Below, in pieces: positions 24,365 through 37,249 of a stretch of DNA of 64,000 nucleotides. Numbering within the stretch: the stretch's first letter is position 1; each line of letters opens with the position of its first letter. A model generated the notes under the pieces. The model saw only the letters and a list, made by a program, of their open reading frames with translations. It did no database searches and was not told the origin of the DNA. Source of the stretch: Raillietiella orientalis (taxonomy: Eukaryota); the NCBI GenBank assembly GCA_036172245.1, contig JAYWIR010000030.1:1860001-1924000 (forward strand), read 5' to 3'. Position numbers and translations under genes: made by a program.

Positions 24365-24560
24365 TCATCTTCCAGAACAGTCGCTGGTAAAGCTAGCGAC
24401 GGAACTGACGGCCAAGATCACCACGCTGATGGCAAGGGTTATTGCCACCAAGATGGTGACTACGATGACGGCCAAAATCTTGATAGCGACCACGATGATC
24501 GCTACCATCTTTCTTGGAGGCGACCATGATGGCGGTGGGGAGAAAGACGGAGTCATCTTC
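24365..24560. repeat. Degenerate low-complexity repeat
   Basis: Recurring gatgacggcca(a/g)atc / gcgaccacgatgat-type units. Confidence 0.5.
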
Positions 24561-24599
24561 CTCTTTCCTTATTGAGAAGAGGAAGAGAGGTTGTTCCCC

Positions 24600-25150
24600 G
24601 ACTCATTCCCCAATGCTCGCAGGACAGGGACTCAGGGGCGTTTGCGATTCCTGGTAGCGGGCGCGCGATTTGCCGAAAGCCCCGGTTCTCCCACGATAAG
24701 CTGCTTCCTGTGGCTCCCTAAGGAGCAAGCTGAGGATTCGAGGAACGCCGTCTGGGTGGGAGCTAAACTGCCGCTTTTGATCACAGCAGATTTTCTCCTC
24801 GGACCTCTGACTGTCCTCTGTCTTTGCCCTGAGGTAATCTCCCGAGGCGCGCGCTGATATGACCACCGGGGACCGCTCCTCTCAGGATAATGGCCCTTTC
24901 TTCAGCCAGAGTAACATCTCAGAACGTGGACTAGCGGATCCAAACCGGTTACTTCGGGATTCTGATGCACCCATACACGTCTGTGGCACGCTTTCTCTGC
25001 GCTGCGGGTTCCAGGGTCCAAGGCGTTCCTCTTCTCTACTTCATCGCTCCCAGAAGCAGCGTTTGGGTTTCTTCCCGCATTGGTGTGACGGTTGCAGCTT
25101 CTCTGAGGAGGGATCTATCCGCTGCTGGTAACCGACAACTTCTTGGGCTT
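24600..25150 (-). mobile_element. Degenerate RT fragment
   Basis: NRFGSASP (NAFGSVPH-like, ~24926-24950) followed by DGVPRILSLLL (GVxQGxPLS-like). Confidence 0.45.
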
Positions 25151-26084
25151 GGAGGACGTCACCATTTGCGAAATCATCCCGTCTCCTGTTTTACTGATGA
25201 GCTCCCTGGAGCTCGCCCTGGCGGGCAGGGTCGACTCGTGCTCCGAAGGCGATGTGTCAACCAGGCAGGGAAGCCTCACTTCCTGTCGAAGTCCGTCGCA
25301 GCAGCTCCTTAGGAGCGCCTTCGCAGCCGATTCATGTCGGTGCTTGCAAAGCGTGCAATTCGGAGAGCAGCCTCCTTGCCCGGGGAGCAACAAAAAAAAA
25401 AAAAGGAAAGGAAAAAAAAAGGCAAGAAGATGCTGACTTTCATCGCTCGCGTGCGCCCTCACAGCTGCACCGATCACTCGCTCGTTCTTGATCTGCCATG
25501 GGAAACCCAGCTCTGCACAGCCCGGAATTCCGTGACGGCAGAATCATGCACGAAACCAATACTACTCGCCGGCTGAGCTCACATGCGCTTTCCATGCAAC
25601 GGCAGCTAGAGGAGCTTCTCCGTGCTTTCATCGTCTTCTTGAGCCTCCGGAACGATCCTGGGCGATGATCAGCCCAAACCACAAGGGAAACCATTCCGTG
25701 GAAACGACTCTGCGCTCTTGGAAGTGGATGCTCTTCACTCTGCCTTCTTGTCTCCGAAGAATTCCCCTCCAATTCACTTCCCGCACGTCACAAAAGAGAT
25801 GTGCGAAATCATTTGAAGGCATCGGAGATGCCACATCTGCAAATCCTCGTGCGAGTTGCCTCGTTGCTCTAAGACATCAACTGCTGCTTTTCTCGGTTCC
25901 TTCCCATTCTGAGTCATCTTGCAGCATTCGGTACGATATGATCTCACACATCCCTTGCAGGCATCGCTTTATCACTGGCACGCAGGATCCCTAACAAGGC
26001 ACATCTTCCACGTCATGCAACCCACGAACTCTGGCTGCTTGTAAGAATTTTGGGGGTGCTTGCTAAGTACTGAAGAACAGTCCG

Positions 26085-26900
26085 CCTAGAAGCTCCCGAA
26101 GTTCTTTGTCCTTGTTCCCATATCACCCGAGGTTGCGTGTAGCTCTTCAAGTTATAGGGGGCATCCCGAAGGGACCACCCTATGAATCCAGGACAGCTCC
26201 GAAGAAAGGAGTTCGTTCCTCTTACGCTTGGTAGGGGAACCTTGGTTCTCTCCGAAGAGGACCCTGGTGGGAACCTCTTCTTATTCTCTCTTCAAAGGAA
26301 CCTTCAGGAGAGAGAGCACTCTTCGTTTCTTCTTTAAAGGATATCCGAAAAAGATCCGCTCCAGAATTTCATAACCGTAGGGGAACCCGGAAGAGAACAG
26401 ATTCCTTGATTCCTGGAAGGACTTCGGAGTGTCAATTTCCAATCTCGACCAGTTGATGACGGATTCCTGTACCCGACTTCCACCGGTGCCGCACCTGAAG
26501 TCTGCAAGTCAACCAGCGTCATCCTGCACGGCGGACTCGAGACCCACGAACTCCTGGAGGGGACTGCTCTATTATTTCTTCTCCGGAAGGGACCCGCAAG
26601 GGAAGCTCTCCCTGTTTCCTTCTCTGAAGAGAATCCTGAAAGGGGGCTTCCCCATATGCTCTGAAGAGTTCTTCCCCAAGAAAAGAAACGCGCTTCTTAC
26701 AGTCTGGAGAGGCACCTCCCGAGAGGGGTATCAACCGGCTCCATGGCGAGGTTCCCGTTCCACAACCGGTGGGGAACCCTGAAAGGAACCATCTCCTTGA
26801 TTCCTTGAAGGGACCCCGGAGGGTCGACTTCTAATTCCGCTACCAGTCAACCGAGACATTCGGTTTCCGGCTTCCGCTAGCACTGCATCCCTTACAGCCG
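26085..26900 (-). mobile_element. tRNA-headed SINE-like family, two partial copies in tandem (copy 5a 26085-26545, 5b 26560-26900)
   Basis: The body segment tccttgattcctggaagg...ccgacttccacc occurs twice (~26400-26485 and ~26795-26880). Confidence 0.7.
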
Positions 26901-26999
26901 GCAGCCTAACGGCTTAATGGGAGGAGGTTTTTGTGGAAACCCCCGGAAGGAGGAAAGGACTGGGCGAGTGGTCCACGGGCCAGTTCACCAACGCTGCGA

Positions 27000-27795
27000 C
27001 CCCGAGTGCTTGACTTCATGGACTTTTGCGCCGGAGCGTAATACTGGGTATTCTGGAGGAAGACCTGCAGTGGCCTCCAGGGGTTCATGAACCACTCGCA
27101 CCCACCCCTTAAAGTTGCAGGAGTCGGCGTTGATGCAGCTGCACTGGGTCTCCCGTGCAACGCCAGCCGGCATCACTGAACATGGGAGGAGGGGTGGACC
27201 GGAACTGTGCTCGGTGTGGGGAGCGGGAACCCCTCCCGAACCTCCTAGTGAGCTATGCTGCCCTCTGGTTCCTTTGGGGACACTCTGCCGCGACCCATGG
27301 AACACCCGATGGCAACACCAGAGACGTTCTAAAGCGTCTCTTCCTGCGGGACGTCCTCACGCCGGCCGCATCCCTAGCAGCACTTTGTTGCCTACGCAGA
27401 ATCGTGAGTTCATGGAGCAGTCTCAGAGGAGGACAGTACGACAGGGATGACTTCTATTTTGCTGTCCTCTTTATCCTCTTCATAAGGACAGCGTCAAGAT
27501 GTCCCCATCTGGGAGTCTTGGAACAGGAACTTGCCGGCATCCTTACAAGGATGCAGAGGATGCAGACCCTCCAGAACACAGTGATCCCTTCCCGAAGGGT
27601 CCCCCTTTTCTCATTTTTTGACTGTATGTTTTTTGTTTTCTTTTTTTTTCTTTTTGTTTGTCTCCCCTTTCCTGTGCTGCCGAGGCGAACTCTGGCCTGC
27701 AGGCCAGTTCCCAGCAAGCTCCTTCTCGTATTTAAGAGTAACGTGGCAGGATCAAAAGTCCTGCCACAGACGTGCATCTTTATTTTTTATCAATA
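27000..27795 (+). mobile_element. RLE non-LTR 3' fragment (CCHC knuckle, RLE remnant, 3' UTR)
   Basis: RNCARCGEREPLPNLL (CRxCGxxETLxHIL-like) and LFLRDVLTP in ORF 27155-27796. The 3' UTR has a U-rich tract, a 9-bp hairpin at 27743-27767 and a terminal AATAAA. Confidence 0.65.
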
Positions 27796-27799
27796 AACT

Positions 27800-27986
27800 C
27801 CCCAGCGTGACCAGGTGTCAACCAGTGCCACACCTCGAAGCTAACGGCCCAACTGGAGTTATCCTGCAAGGTGGACTCGAAACCCACAGCGCACCCCTCC
27901 ATTCTCTGGGTCGATTCTCCACGTGGGGATTCGAACCCGCAACGCTTCAGTCAACAGAGACGCAGCCGCTGGCACGGGCACGTGGC
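27800..27986 (-). mobile_element. SINE-like family head (copy 6); best-preserved tRNA-like 5' end
   Basis: Reverse strand GCCACGTG...GCGTCT...GAAGCGTTGCGGGTTCGAATCCCCACGTGGA: intact B-box GGTTCGAATCC (27927-27937) and acceptor-like pairing CCACGTG/CACGTGG. Resembles tRNA-Arg/Asn, but the D/anticodon arms are broken. Confidence 0.75.
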
Positions 27987-30099
27987 TACCCATCTCTGTA
28001 ATGCAACTGCATGCGAACGCGGGTTTGCAAAGTGCCCAGGATCGACTATCAAAGCGATCCGGCACAGAGTTCAAGGGCACCGCGGCGAGTGGCAGGTAGC
28101 AGAGCTTGGAATTGCACTGGAAGTTTCGAAGCATCAGGGACACATATCTTCACGTTTTCCCAGAGAGCACCCGTATAATTCCAGTACTGTATTCTAAGAG
28201 CAATTCCAGGTCGCCTGAGGCAGCCCAAGTCAGTCATGCTGCAAGCAGTCGATGCCAGAGGCTCGCTGAACTTCATCCCATTTTTTTTTTTATCTCTTCC
28301 TCTCCCTGAAAGCAATTCATCTTCCGTTGGAAACGAGCGAGGTTTGCTGTCTTCATCTTCGAAAGGTACCTCACCTCGCTGTTTTTGCCAGACACTGAGC
28401 GTGACTTTTTGGAATGGAGCCTGAAGCCAGATGGCCTCATATCCGGCTAATTGCCACAAAGTTCCTAAACGATGAGGGAGCAAATAGGAGGAGGGGCAGC
28501 GGTGGTCTTGTGGGTTTTCAAATCTGCGCGGATGGATCACGGGGGCTTTACCACGCAGGAACTTCGAAACGGCGCCGGGTAGCAGGAAGGCGGTCTTCTG
28601 GAAAAAGGGACTCCCCTGATTGGAATCACGGGGTCGGCCGCAGAATTCGATGCGTGGTACTCTCCCCTAAAGACACCCCAAGAGGAGCGAAAATCCAGAA
28701 CGGGTTTTCTGTGCCAAACTCAAGGTCACGCATCATAATGCAGGGTTCCCTCGCTTGTTCCGATGAGGAATTCCTTCTTTGAAGAATTCCGTCCTCAAAG
28801 GACGCACGCCGCAACTATGGTCGTCCTGTGACCTACAAACGCGGCAGCGTAGCAGCAGCGCGCCAGCAGCTGGAAGCAGGGCAGAAGCACCCTGAGGCCT
28901 TCTTGCCACGAGGAGCACCTAAAAGTGACCCTGTCCTACTCAGGAAATCAGGGACAAGATCACTTCATCTCTCTTGGACTGAGACCACTCCCTTAGATCT
29001 TTGCTACTTCCGCCTTCCTCTGTACTATTAGGTAAAGCGGGATGAGGAAAGCCACCGCCTGACGAGCGATGATACGGGAAGTCCCCTTAAGAAACCACCA
29101 ACACCACCAACCCACTACAGATCTCTGTTTTACCGTCCTCCCTACTGATCTTTCCAATCCCTCCCAGTGATCACATGAGCGTACTGAGGGTAGGGACCCG
29201 TGTGCCCACCTGGCCCACGCAGAGGAAGCAGTCTCCTTACCGGCTTGCTGTTTGTGTATCTCATATGTAGGTAAACAGGCATTCCGAATTGATTCCTTTA
29301 CCCTGGATTTCCGGAACGTCTATTTAAAATAAATAAATAAAATTCCATAAGAAGAGATGGACCAACGCGAGCCGGCTGGGAGCTAAAGCAACCGACCCCT
29401 CGCTGAGGGCAACTAATGAGAGGAGGAAGGAAAGGGAAGGCCATAAATAAATGAGCAGGGAAAGGGGCGAGCTGCCCTTGCCGAGGTAAGTGATTCCCGA
29501 GGGCTTCAGTTGGTCAGAGGCGAGAAGGGAGGCACTGGGTGCTGTTTCTGGTTTCTGGTTTCGCACCCACAGTTGCCCCGAGACACCACTTGACACCATA
29601 GGATTTTCGGTTTGCACCCGTTTGCCTCATTCCGAAATGGAGGGCAGCGGAGGTCGCTACCAGCTCCCTCGGACGGAGGCCACGTCCTTCTTCCGTGCTG
29701 CCCCGCGTTCTTCTAGGGAAATCTCGAGCAAATTGATCCTCTTTGCAAGTTCTGGACGAAGTTGTTGGATGCAACCCCATGCGCAAGAGAAGGAGCCTCT
29801 CATTGGGCCGTGGGCTCGCGGGCGAGCCCCTAGTTACCTCCCACGGCGCAGGAGTGTCCCCTTTTTTCTACATTGGCCTCCTTATCTCTGATGACCGGGG
29901 CGTTTATTTGAAACAAAAAAAAAGAAAGAATTATACAGTTGTAAGGGGCTGTAATGGGAACAGCAAGCAAGTAAATAGAGAGTGGGATGCACCGGCCCCT
30001 TGGTACTCAGCATGGTTACCAAGTACCTGCGTAAGCTAGAAGAGGGATGGGAGGCAGGGATGGCGCGCTGATGCGCTCACTGGTGCCGGATCAATCTCC

Positions 30100-30720
30100 C
30101 GAAGGTTCCCTTAAACCGTGCGTTCCAGATGGCGCCATTCTGCCACTCATGCGAATGAAAGTCGCCAGCAAGGAGGCATCGGCAGCCTTGGGGAAGTGAA
30201 CGTTTCTCTGTGCAGATCCAGCGGCTCGGCACCGGGGAATATTGGGGTGATACTCGGCGGGCGATGCTCTCCTATCCCTGGCCGAAGCTTCCGCATTCAA
30301 GAGCAGGTCCATTGGTCCTTTCCTCAGCGGGACGGGTGGTGGAACCCACCATCCAGGAAGCACCATTCCGAAGGGATGGGATTCTGCTTTACCTCATGGC
30401 AAAAAGGAAGGTGGAAGCAGCAAAGATCTAAGCTCGGACTGGAAGCTGTGTTTACCTCTGAGTGTTCTACAAGAAGGGATGGGGATGCCACGGCAGTGCC
30501 ACGAGGGATCTGAATGCTCCGTGGTCTGGTGGATTGAGAGACTCCTGGAGAAAGCCATGGCTCCGAAGAAGACCTCCTTCCGCCTGCACGGATATTCTTG
30601 CCTCTAGGTGGGTAGTCCAGGATGCTGAGCCTTGTCGTTGGAGGAAGCGGCTCTGTTGCGTCCTCTCCGGACCCCTGGAGGACTGTACGTGGGCGCAAGG
30701 GAGAGATCCTGTCCTTCCTT
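30100..30720 (+). mobile_element. Degenerate RT fragment (domains 2-4)
   Basis: ORF 30210-30431: YW...PKL...AGR...IQEAPFRRDGIL (QxxFxxxDG-like). Confidence 0.45.
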
Positions 30721-31169
30721 CCTTCTAAACCACCGCCACTTGCTGCGGGGTAACGACGACGAGGGGGGAGGTCACTTCCGGACACGTGAAGGGCGCTCAC
30801 GGTGCGTGGTCGCAGCCTCCGACGTTTTCCTACCTTCCCTCCCCCTCCCCCCGTTTCTGTCTGCGGGAGCCGAGCGCAGGAAGAGGCGCGACAGCTTCCC
30901 ACGGAAGAGGAGGAAAAAGAGGGGAGGAAGGAGGCGGAAGATGATGCGCGCAGCAGCCGATGCCAAGACTTTGCCCGAACTTCGGGAGGAAAAAGTTGGG
31001 CACTCTCATGAAAGTTTCGTCGCTTAATCAAGAAAACCGGGACGTCCGTCACTCTCCTCGTCCTCCCCTTCCCTTCCCCCTGCATCTCCTGGATTCCGTT
31101 CCTATATATCCCCTTTATCCACTCTTTTTTTCATTTCTTCTTCCTTTTTTTTGGAAGGGGGAGGTCAAA

Positions 31170-33830
31170 TGAGCCAGAGAAGCCGCCGCCGCGCCTTGGG
31201 CTGGCTCCCGCGGAGCCACTTCTGAAGTCATCCATGCTCCTGCCTCGAGCAGAGACCACCACCTGAGTCATCCCAGAGCGCTCCCGAGGGAGGTTGAGAC
31301 ATCCCGCGATCCCTCTCCTCGTGCGATCCCTCCGGGGAACCTCACCTGCCCGGTTTCTCGGATCCCGGGCACATGTGGGACTCTGCTCGAGCTGCGTTCG
31401 CCGCCCTCCGCACTCCCAGGATACCGGCCGGGAGGTCGGTTCGCTCCCGGAGAGATGGCAGCCGATCCCGGCTTCCGTCTCCTAGGGAGACGGGACCTGC
31501 GCTGTTGCGGCTCCACCGTTCTGGGTCCTTGGGAGGACATAAACTTTCCCGCCTGCCCCTTCGAGTCTTCCGGATACCCGGAGCTTGGCAGGAAGGGGAC
31601 TCCGGAGACAGCTGAAGAGATGATATCTGAGAGGCTGGGTAGATGGCATCGTCACATCTTTCTTCCCGGAACGGAGCAATAACCGCCTCCCCCTCTTTTC
31701 TTCCTTCGAAACTTCCTGCAGGACCCGCGATGACGCAGTCGGGCGTTCCCTGCAGGAAGAGCGAATGAAAACAGCGAGAGGGATGGGGAAAATCGAAGGA
31801 TGCAGAGGGAACGCTCGCCCGTCCTCCCGGTCGCACGTGGAAACCAGGGAGGAACCCCAAGGAAATTCCTCCAGCCTTCGTTTCCACCGATTGCAGGCGC
31901 ATCTTCAGGGAGGAAACGACCGGGAGGGAGAGAAAGTGGGGGTAGGGAAAAAATTGCCTTCGGGAAGCGAACTGATCCCGTGGTTTCCGTAGAAACCTCT
32001 CACGGTGGACCAGACGTCACGATTTGCTCAGAAAAAGGAAAAGGCGGTAGCGGTCCAGGACTCTCTTCTCTGCAGAGTGGTCACGCGTCCGATCCAAGCC
32101 CAGCTTCCTCACTTCAGAAGATTGCTCCTGATCAGCGCCCTAAGCACGGAAAGCTCCTGACGCTGCTCCGCCGGCCGCAGCCTCCTCCAGTCGATATGGC
32201 GGAACGCATTGCCGTCCGAGGGGTGCCAGAGAGGACTGAAAGGGAAGACTCCCGAAGACACACCTTCCAAGAAGATGCGAGCATGAAGAAGCCTCACGTC
32301 ACGTCCCCGCGCGCTCCTCCCAGGAGAAGCGGGACTCTTCGCAGGGAAAGGGAGCTCCCGGAACGTTCCAGGCACTCCGTCCTCCCGCGCACTCCAGGAA
32401 GGAGGAGCTACGGGAGATGCTGCCCCCCCTTCTTCAGTCTGCGCTCGGTGACAGAAGTGTGGGGCACCTCCCGGGAGTGTAGGCCTCCTCCTTCGCTCGC
32501 CCTCCTCAATTGGCCTCCGGCGACTCCTCTGGGAACGTCCAGCCTCGACACTGGCGATGTCGTCTGGCGGAGGCGGTTCCTCCGGAGAAGGACCGCTACG
32601 CGCTCTCCACTCCAGGGCCTGCAGTTGAAGAATTCCCCTCATTTCCTCAGCCTAGGAGCGCTGTTCCTTCTTCCACCTCTTCCGCCTCGCTCCTCCGCGA
32701 GGATTCTCAAGCTTTAGAGAACCCGAGCCCCCCAACACCCCGCGGCTAGGGGATCTTTTGGAAGCAGCCAGATCCTGCGGGTGGGCGAGAGGGCAAGGAG
32801 GGGAAAGCGAGAGCAGGCCAAGCACCGCTCCCCTTCGGGGTCGGTTCGGTGAGGTTGCTGTAGCGTTGCCGAGAGGACCAGCAGAGAAGGAGCAGGGAGC
32901 GCAAGCTGGAGGGAGGTGGACGCGCCTTCCTTCGGCACGCGCACGAGGTCAGGACTCCCCCTCGTGCGCTGCTAGCGGAATGAAAGTGAAAAGTGGACAC
33001 CACCGAGTCCCTTCCCCAGGATCATGGGAGAGCTCATTGCCTTCCTCGAGAGGAGAAACTGGAAGATGCGACCCCTATCCGGCGATGGGATGGGAGCCGA
33101 TCTCTCAAAGCGCGCGCACGCGCCCGGAGAGGGAAGAGCTGCTCGCGCGGTCGCGAGGGGACGAGCCAGCAGGCTGACTGCCTCCCCGCTCTTCTCGATG
33201 CACATCCAGGGGCTGCATCATCCTTCCTGATCACTATATCACTATACCTGTACACACCTGTGAGTTCCTTGATACACTGGCTGTGTACAGCACGCTTCCA
33301 CGCACGAACCTTCACGTGCAGATGCGTTCTACCTGCGCTCTGGAATGTTTCCGCCCCGGACAGCCAACAGAGAAATCACAATGCTCCGGCGGGAGTGCCA
33401 AGTGTGCGGGAACGATGCTGAGGTCGTGTCACCAGCTGGACCAAAGGGAAAGCGTGCCGAAGAAGTCCTTGCACGCCTTCGTGCGTGGAGGAGCGCGAAC
33501 TGCGGGAAATCGGACGAGTACGGGTGGAAGTCGGAAGATGCCCTGAAGGTGAATCCCAAGATTTTTTTTTTGTTGCAGACCTAGGTTGCCAACCACTGCT
33601 TCTCTTGAAGACCGGGGAAGTGCTTCTCGGCTTCGCAGCAGGGAATTCAGCGTGAGACGGCACCTATTTCAAAATCCCTGTGATAGGACTGTGGGATCGC
33701 GCAAGTTCACTAAGGAGGATCCTCCCACATTTGACACGGAAGGCCACTCAGATCTCACACGTCGCGAAGCAACCAACGACGATGGCCACTGTCATGAAGA
33801 ACCTGCTCGTCTGCCTTCCCGGATCCCCTC
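31170..33830 (+). mobile_element. 5' part of an RLE non-LTR element, truncated in RT by SINE copy 7
   Basis: EEVLARLRAWRSANCGKSDEYGWKSED...KIF (RT domain 0/1-like, ORF 33345-33584) after a long GC-rich N-terminal region. Confidence 0.55.
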
Positions 33831-33834
33831 GAAG

Positions 33835-34485
33835 AATCGAGAAGTGGCCCGGGGGGTTCGCGTGGCTTGCGTCTCGATTTCGAATCCCCACGTGGAGGAT
33901 CGGCGCCGAAAACGGCCTTTCGAGTTCCCCCTGCAGGATGGCGCTGGCTCGCCCATTCGGGTGCGGCACCGGTGGACGGCGGGCGCCCCCGTTGACCGAA
34001 CTCCGGGATCGGAAGCTGACCCTCTGGGGTCCCTTCCAGGGATCAAGAAGTCCTTCGGGATTGTGAAAATAGAGCCGCGTACCATGGAGCTGGCTGATAC
34101 CCCCCCGGGATCGAGTGTGAGAAGCGCACTGTTTCCTGCGGGAACGACCCTTCAAGGAAAATATGGAAGTGTCCCTTCAGGGTTCTCTTCAGAAGAGGCA
34201 ACAAGGAGGGGATCCCCCCGGAGAAGAAATTTCAAGAACGGATCCTTTCCGGGTTCCCTTCGGAGAAGAAAAATGAGGAGTTGCCCTCTCCAAGGGGTCT
34301 CTTCGGAGAGAATAAGGAAGAGGTTCCTTCCGGATTTCCCATTCAAGAGTAAGAGAGGAACAGATTCCTTACTCCGGAGCCTTTTCCTGGATGCATAAGG
34401 TGGTCCCCTCCTGGGTACCCTCTAACTTGAAGAATCACTACACGCACCCCGGGTGGCGTGGAGATAGCGCGAAAGAGCTTCTTGA
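33835..34485 (+). mobile_element. tRNA-headed SINE-like family, near full-length copy (copy 7)
   Basis: A-box-like TGGCCCGGGGGG (~33845), B-box-like GATTTCGAATCC (33876-33887) followed by CCACGTGGAG; body colinear with copy 4 in the opposite orientation. Confidence 0.75.
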
Positions 34486-35196
34486 TGATTGTTAATAAAC
34501 ATCCTGTTTCCAATAAACAGCAATTTTGTAATTTACCTGTGTATCCTTGATAAGCAAAAAACTTACGTAAAGTTGGAACTTTTTCTTTGGCTATGACACC
34601 CTCCCTCCTCGTCTTCCCTCTTGTATGGAGGTGAATGGCTCTTTAGTGCTTAGCGTAGAATCATGAAAACTCGAGCATGTGGCCAGGAATGCCCCCGGAG
34701 AGCTCATCTTTCCTTTATCCTCCACGGTGCCAATCCAGACCGAGGCTTCTTCTTTTCCCCCTGTCAACGTAAACCGAGGAGAAGCTACCGATCTGAGTCG
34801 AGGAAGTCGATCTAAAATTTCATAGCCCATTTATGGATCCGTAAACGAGGGTATACACAATCTTCCTGCAGAAGCGGGAACTTATCGGGAAAAACAGGAG
34901 GGCAAAGACTGAGCCAGTCAATTTCGTCTCAACAAGTCCTTGCCGCCGCCGCAGCAGAAGAGTGCGGTTGTACCAGCGAACCCACCAGCGTTCCCCCCAT
35001 TCCCCTGACCTATCCCCAAACGGCAACAATTTCATGTTCGCACTGCTAGGGAAGAGCGCACGCCGATCGATCATATTTGGTCCACAACACGGATGATTCC
35101 GCAGCGTTTGATCACGGTGCACGTGCCTGCCTATTCCACAGCATGTGTGACAACCGGAGTCTGGCGTCCGTTCAGTACCCGGTTCAGTGTGTCCGT

Positions 35197-37126
35197 GGAA
35201 ACTTGCATCTTTGCCTGGGGTTCCCGTTCCTCTGACTTTCTTTGCTCACGTGCAAGCACGAAGACGGGGACAATACCGCGTTCCCGGTCGGGGCGGATGC
35301 ACAGCCACCAACGTAAGCCTCGATTTCGCGATACCTCTCGCAATTTTTCATTCCCGGTTGCCTCGTGGGTTACTTCTCCAAACTGCATATCTTTTAAATC
35401 AAAAACTTCATTCTGGAGAAATATTACCCTGTTAGGCGAAGAACACAGTGCGAAGCTTCACGGGGTGATGGAGTGCCTCGGTACGGAGCACTGGTTGTGA
35501 GCGAGGGAATGTGTGCAAACCATCACCGAGCAGATGGTCGCGTTTTTCCTTCCCGAGCCGCCAAGTAAAGCGCGCGCCTACTGCTGCAATTCCTTGAGAG
35601 GCGATCGCTGCCGGAGGAAGAAGACATCCAGCCACCTGCAAGCGTGAGCAGTCGGAAGGTGCCTCCCGAGAACGGGCATCGAGCGTTCGGCCAATGTCCA
35701 CGAGCTACGGGAGGATCCGGCGCCGACCTGCGTGGACTCGCCCGCAGAGCATTAGGAAGAGTGGCGGCCGTGGCAGCACGAGGAATTCGCATCTCTCGAA
35801 AGAATACGGTGCGGACGGAAGGAATCCTCTCTTTCCGTCTTCCGGATCACGGCTGCCATGGCTGAGCACTTCGGGCGATGCGCCCGTCTTTCGCTTCCTT
35901 CGCAGCCGCCCCTGCGTGCAACGCAACGCTCGGCATTCTTCCGCTAGCCCGCCAACGCTGGCGCATCAGCAGCACCAGCGCTTGGGGAACGCCGAAAGGG
36001 AGCGGCCGTTCGCACGGAGTGGCAGCAACGGAAAGGCAACAAAAGTGACCGCAGGCGAATGTGAATCTTCGTGTCGAGTTCCGCTTGGACCACTTGGAGC
36101 CTCAGCAGCGTCTTCCCCCTCGCTTTGCCCGCCAGACGCCTGCCACGAAGAGGGGGAACGCATCCGAAAGTTCCCTTGATTCTCCAACAGGGTACTCCCC
36201 TCCGCGCGCCCAGCACCACCTCCTGCGGTCCCACCCATCTGTGCCGATCCTTCTTCCGGAATGTGGACCACTCGGTGGACTCCTGGAAAGAGACGAAGAT
36301 GAGCGCCACGAGTTCCGCGGACAGCGGCTGTCGAACCGCGAGTGCTCACCCACACTCTCACGATGGCGGAGTCGTTCGCCTCAGCAGCGGGCCGGCAGTC
36401 CGTCGCCTTTTCTTCGCTGCGGCCGCTGGCGCCTCGGACGGGTCCCCCAGACAGAAGCAGGCTGCCTTCTCGCGGGAAACCATCTCTTCTTCCTCCTCCT
36501 TTTCCGTACGCAGAGGGCCAAGAGGCAGAGCAGCCAATCTCACGGGATCAGGCGCACCCACAGGCAGACGATAGTGCCTGAACATTTCAATCGCATCCTA
36601 TGGAAGGGAAACAGCGGGCGCGAAGCTGCCGCACTTCTTGCAATCGCGCTCGTTCGCGGAAACGAAGCGAACCGGCTGTGGCGGAAGTTTGCAGAAGCAG
36701 ACGAAATGACATCTGCTTGGTGCTCACGTAGACCCGCTTTCGATCTCGGGTCGCAGGCGCCCCCCTCCCCCCCCTGCAGAGAGCAGGGACTTCGTCGGAA
36801 GATGACGCGTGCGGAAAGAGGCAGCAGGCGGTGCCGCTGCTGCGCGCCGCCGCACCGGATGCCAGGACGGGTCTTGGCGATGTCAGGACGGCGCGCGGCA
36901 GGAAAAGGTGCGTCGGTCTCCGCGTAGCCGGAAGGGATGGCAGCGCATCCATCGCACAGGGGGGAAGGGGAGGGGGTTGGGGATCCTCTGTGGGCCACGC
37001 CCGTTCCGGACTCCCTTCTAGCCTGGAGCTGTGGACGAAGGCGGTGTCCGGGATTCGGGGAACGGAGCGGCGCAGAAGGCATCTCGATGGACCCCGTGAT
37101 TGCTTGTCTGTGGAATTTTCTTGCGG
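35197..37126. repeat. 1930-bp inverted duplication, left arm (partner 48727-50656); composite of retroelement remnants
   Basis: Mirror ORF sets (e.g. 36061-36927+ / 48926-49792-); about six substitutions seen. Contains KAVSGIRGTE...VEF, similar to the Utopia pre-RT segment. Confidence 0.97.
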
Positions 37127-37249
37127 ATCGTAGCATTCCTACCACTCCCGAAGCTTCTCATCTTGCGGAAGAGGTCATTTTGCGAAGTTCAAATACTGAC
37201 ACCTCGGACTGCATTTGCTTTCAGACTGAAGCCCTTCCCATGGTTCAGA

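Noticed and set aside
25195..25225. CTGATGA plus GCTCC/GGAGC stem, like a hammerhead core (a similar case at ~54985-55010 on the minus strand)
   Set aside because: The required GAAA after stem II is absent.
27918..27986. Functional tRNA gene
   Set aside because: D and anticodon arms do not fold, and it is fused to the SINE body.
31800..32717. Long ORFs (305 aa here; 288 aa at 36061-36927; 270 aa at 33586-34398) as real genes
   Set aside because: GC-rich, Arg/Pro/Ser-biased, open in several frames and overlapping TE/SINE remnants, with no coherent domain.
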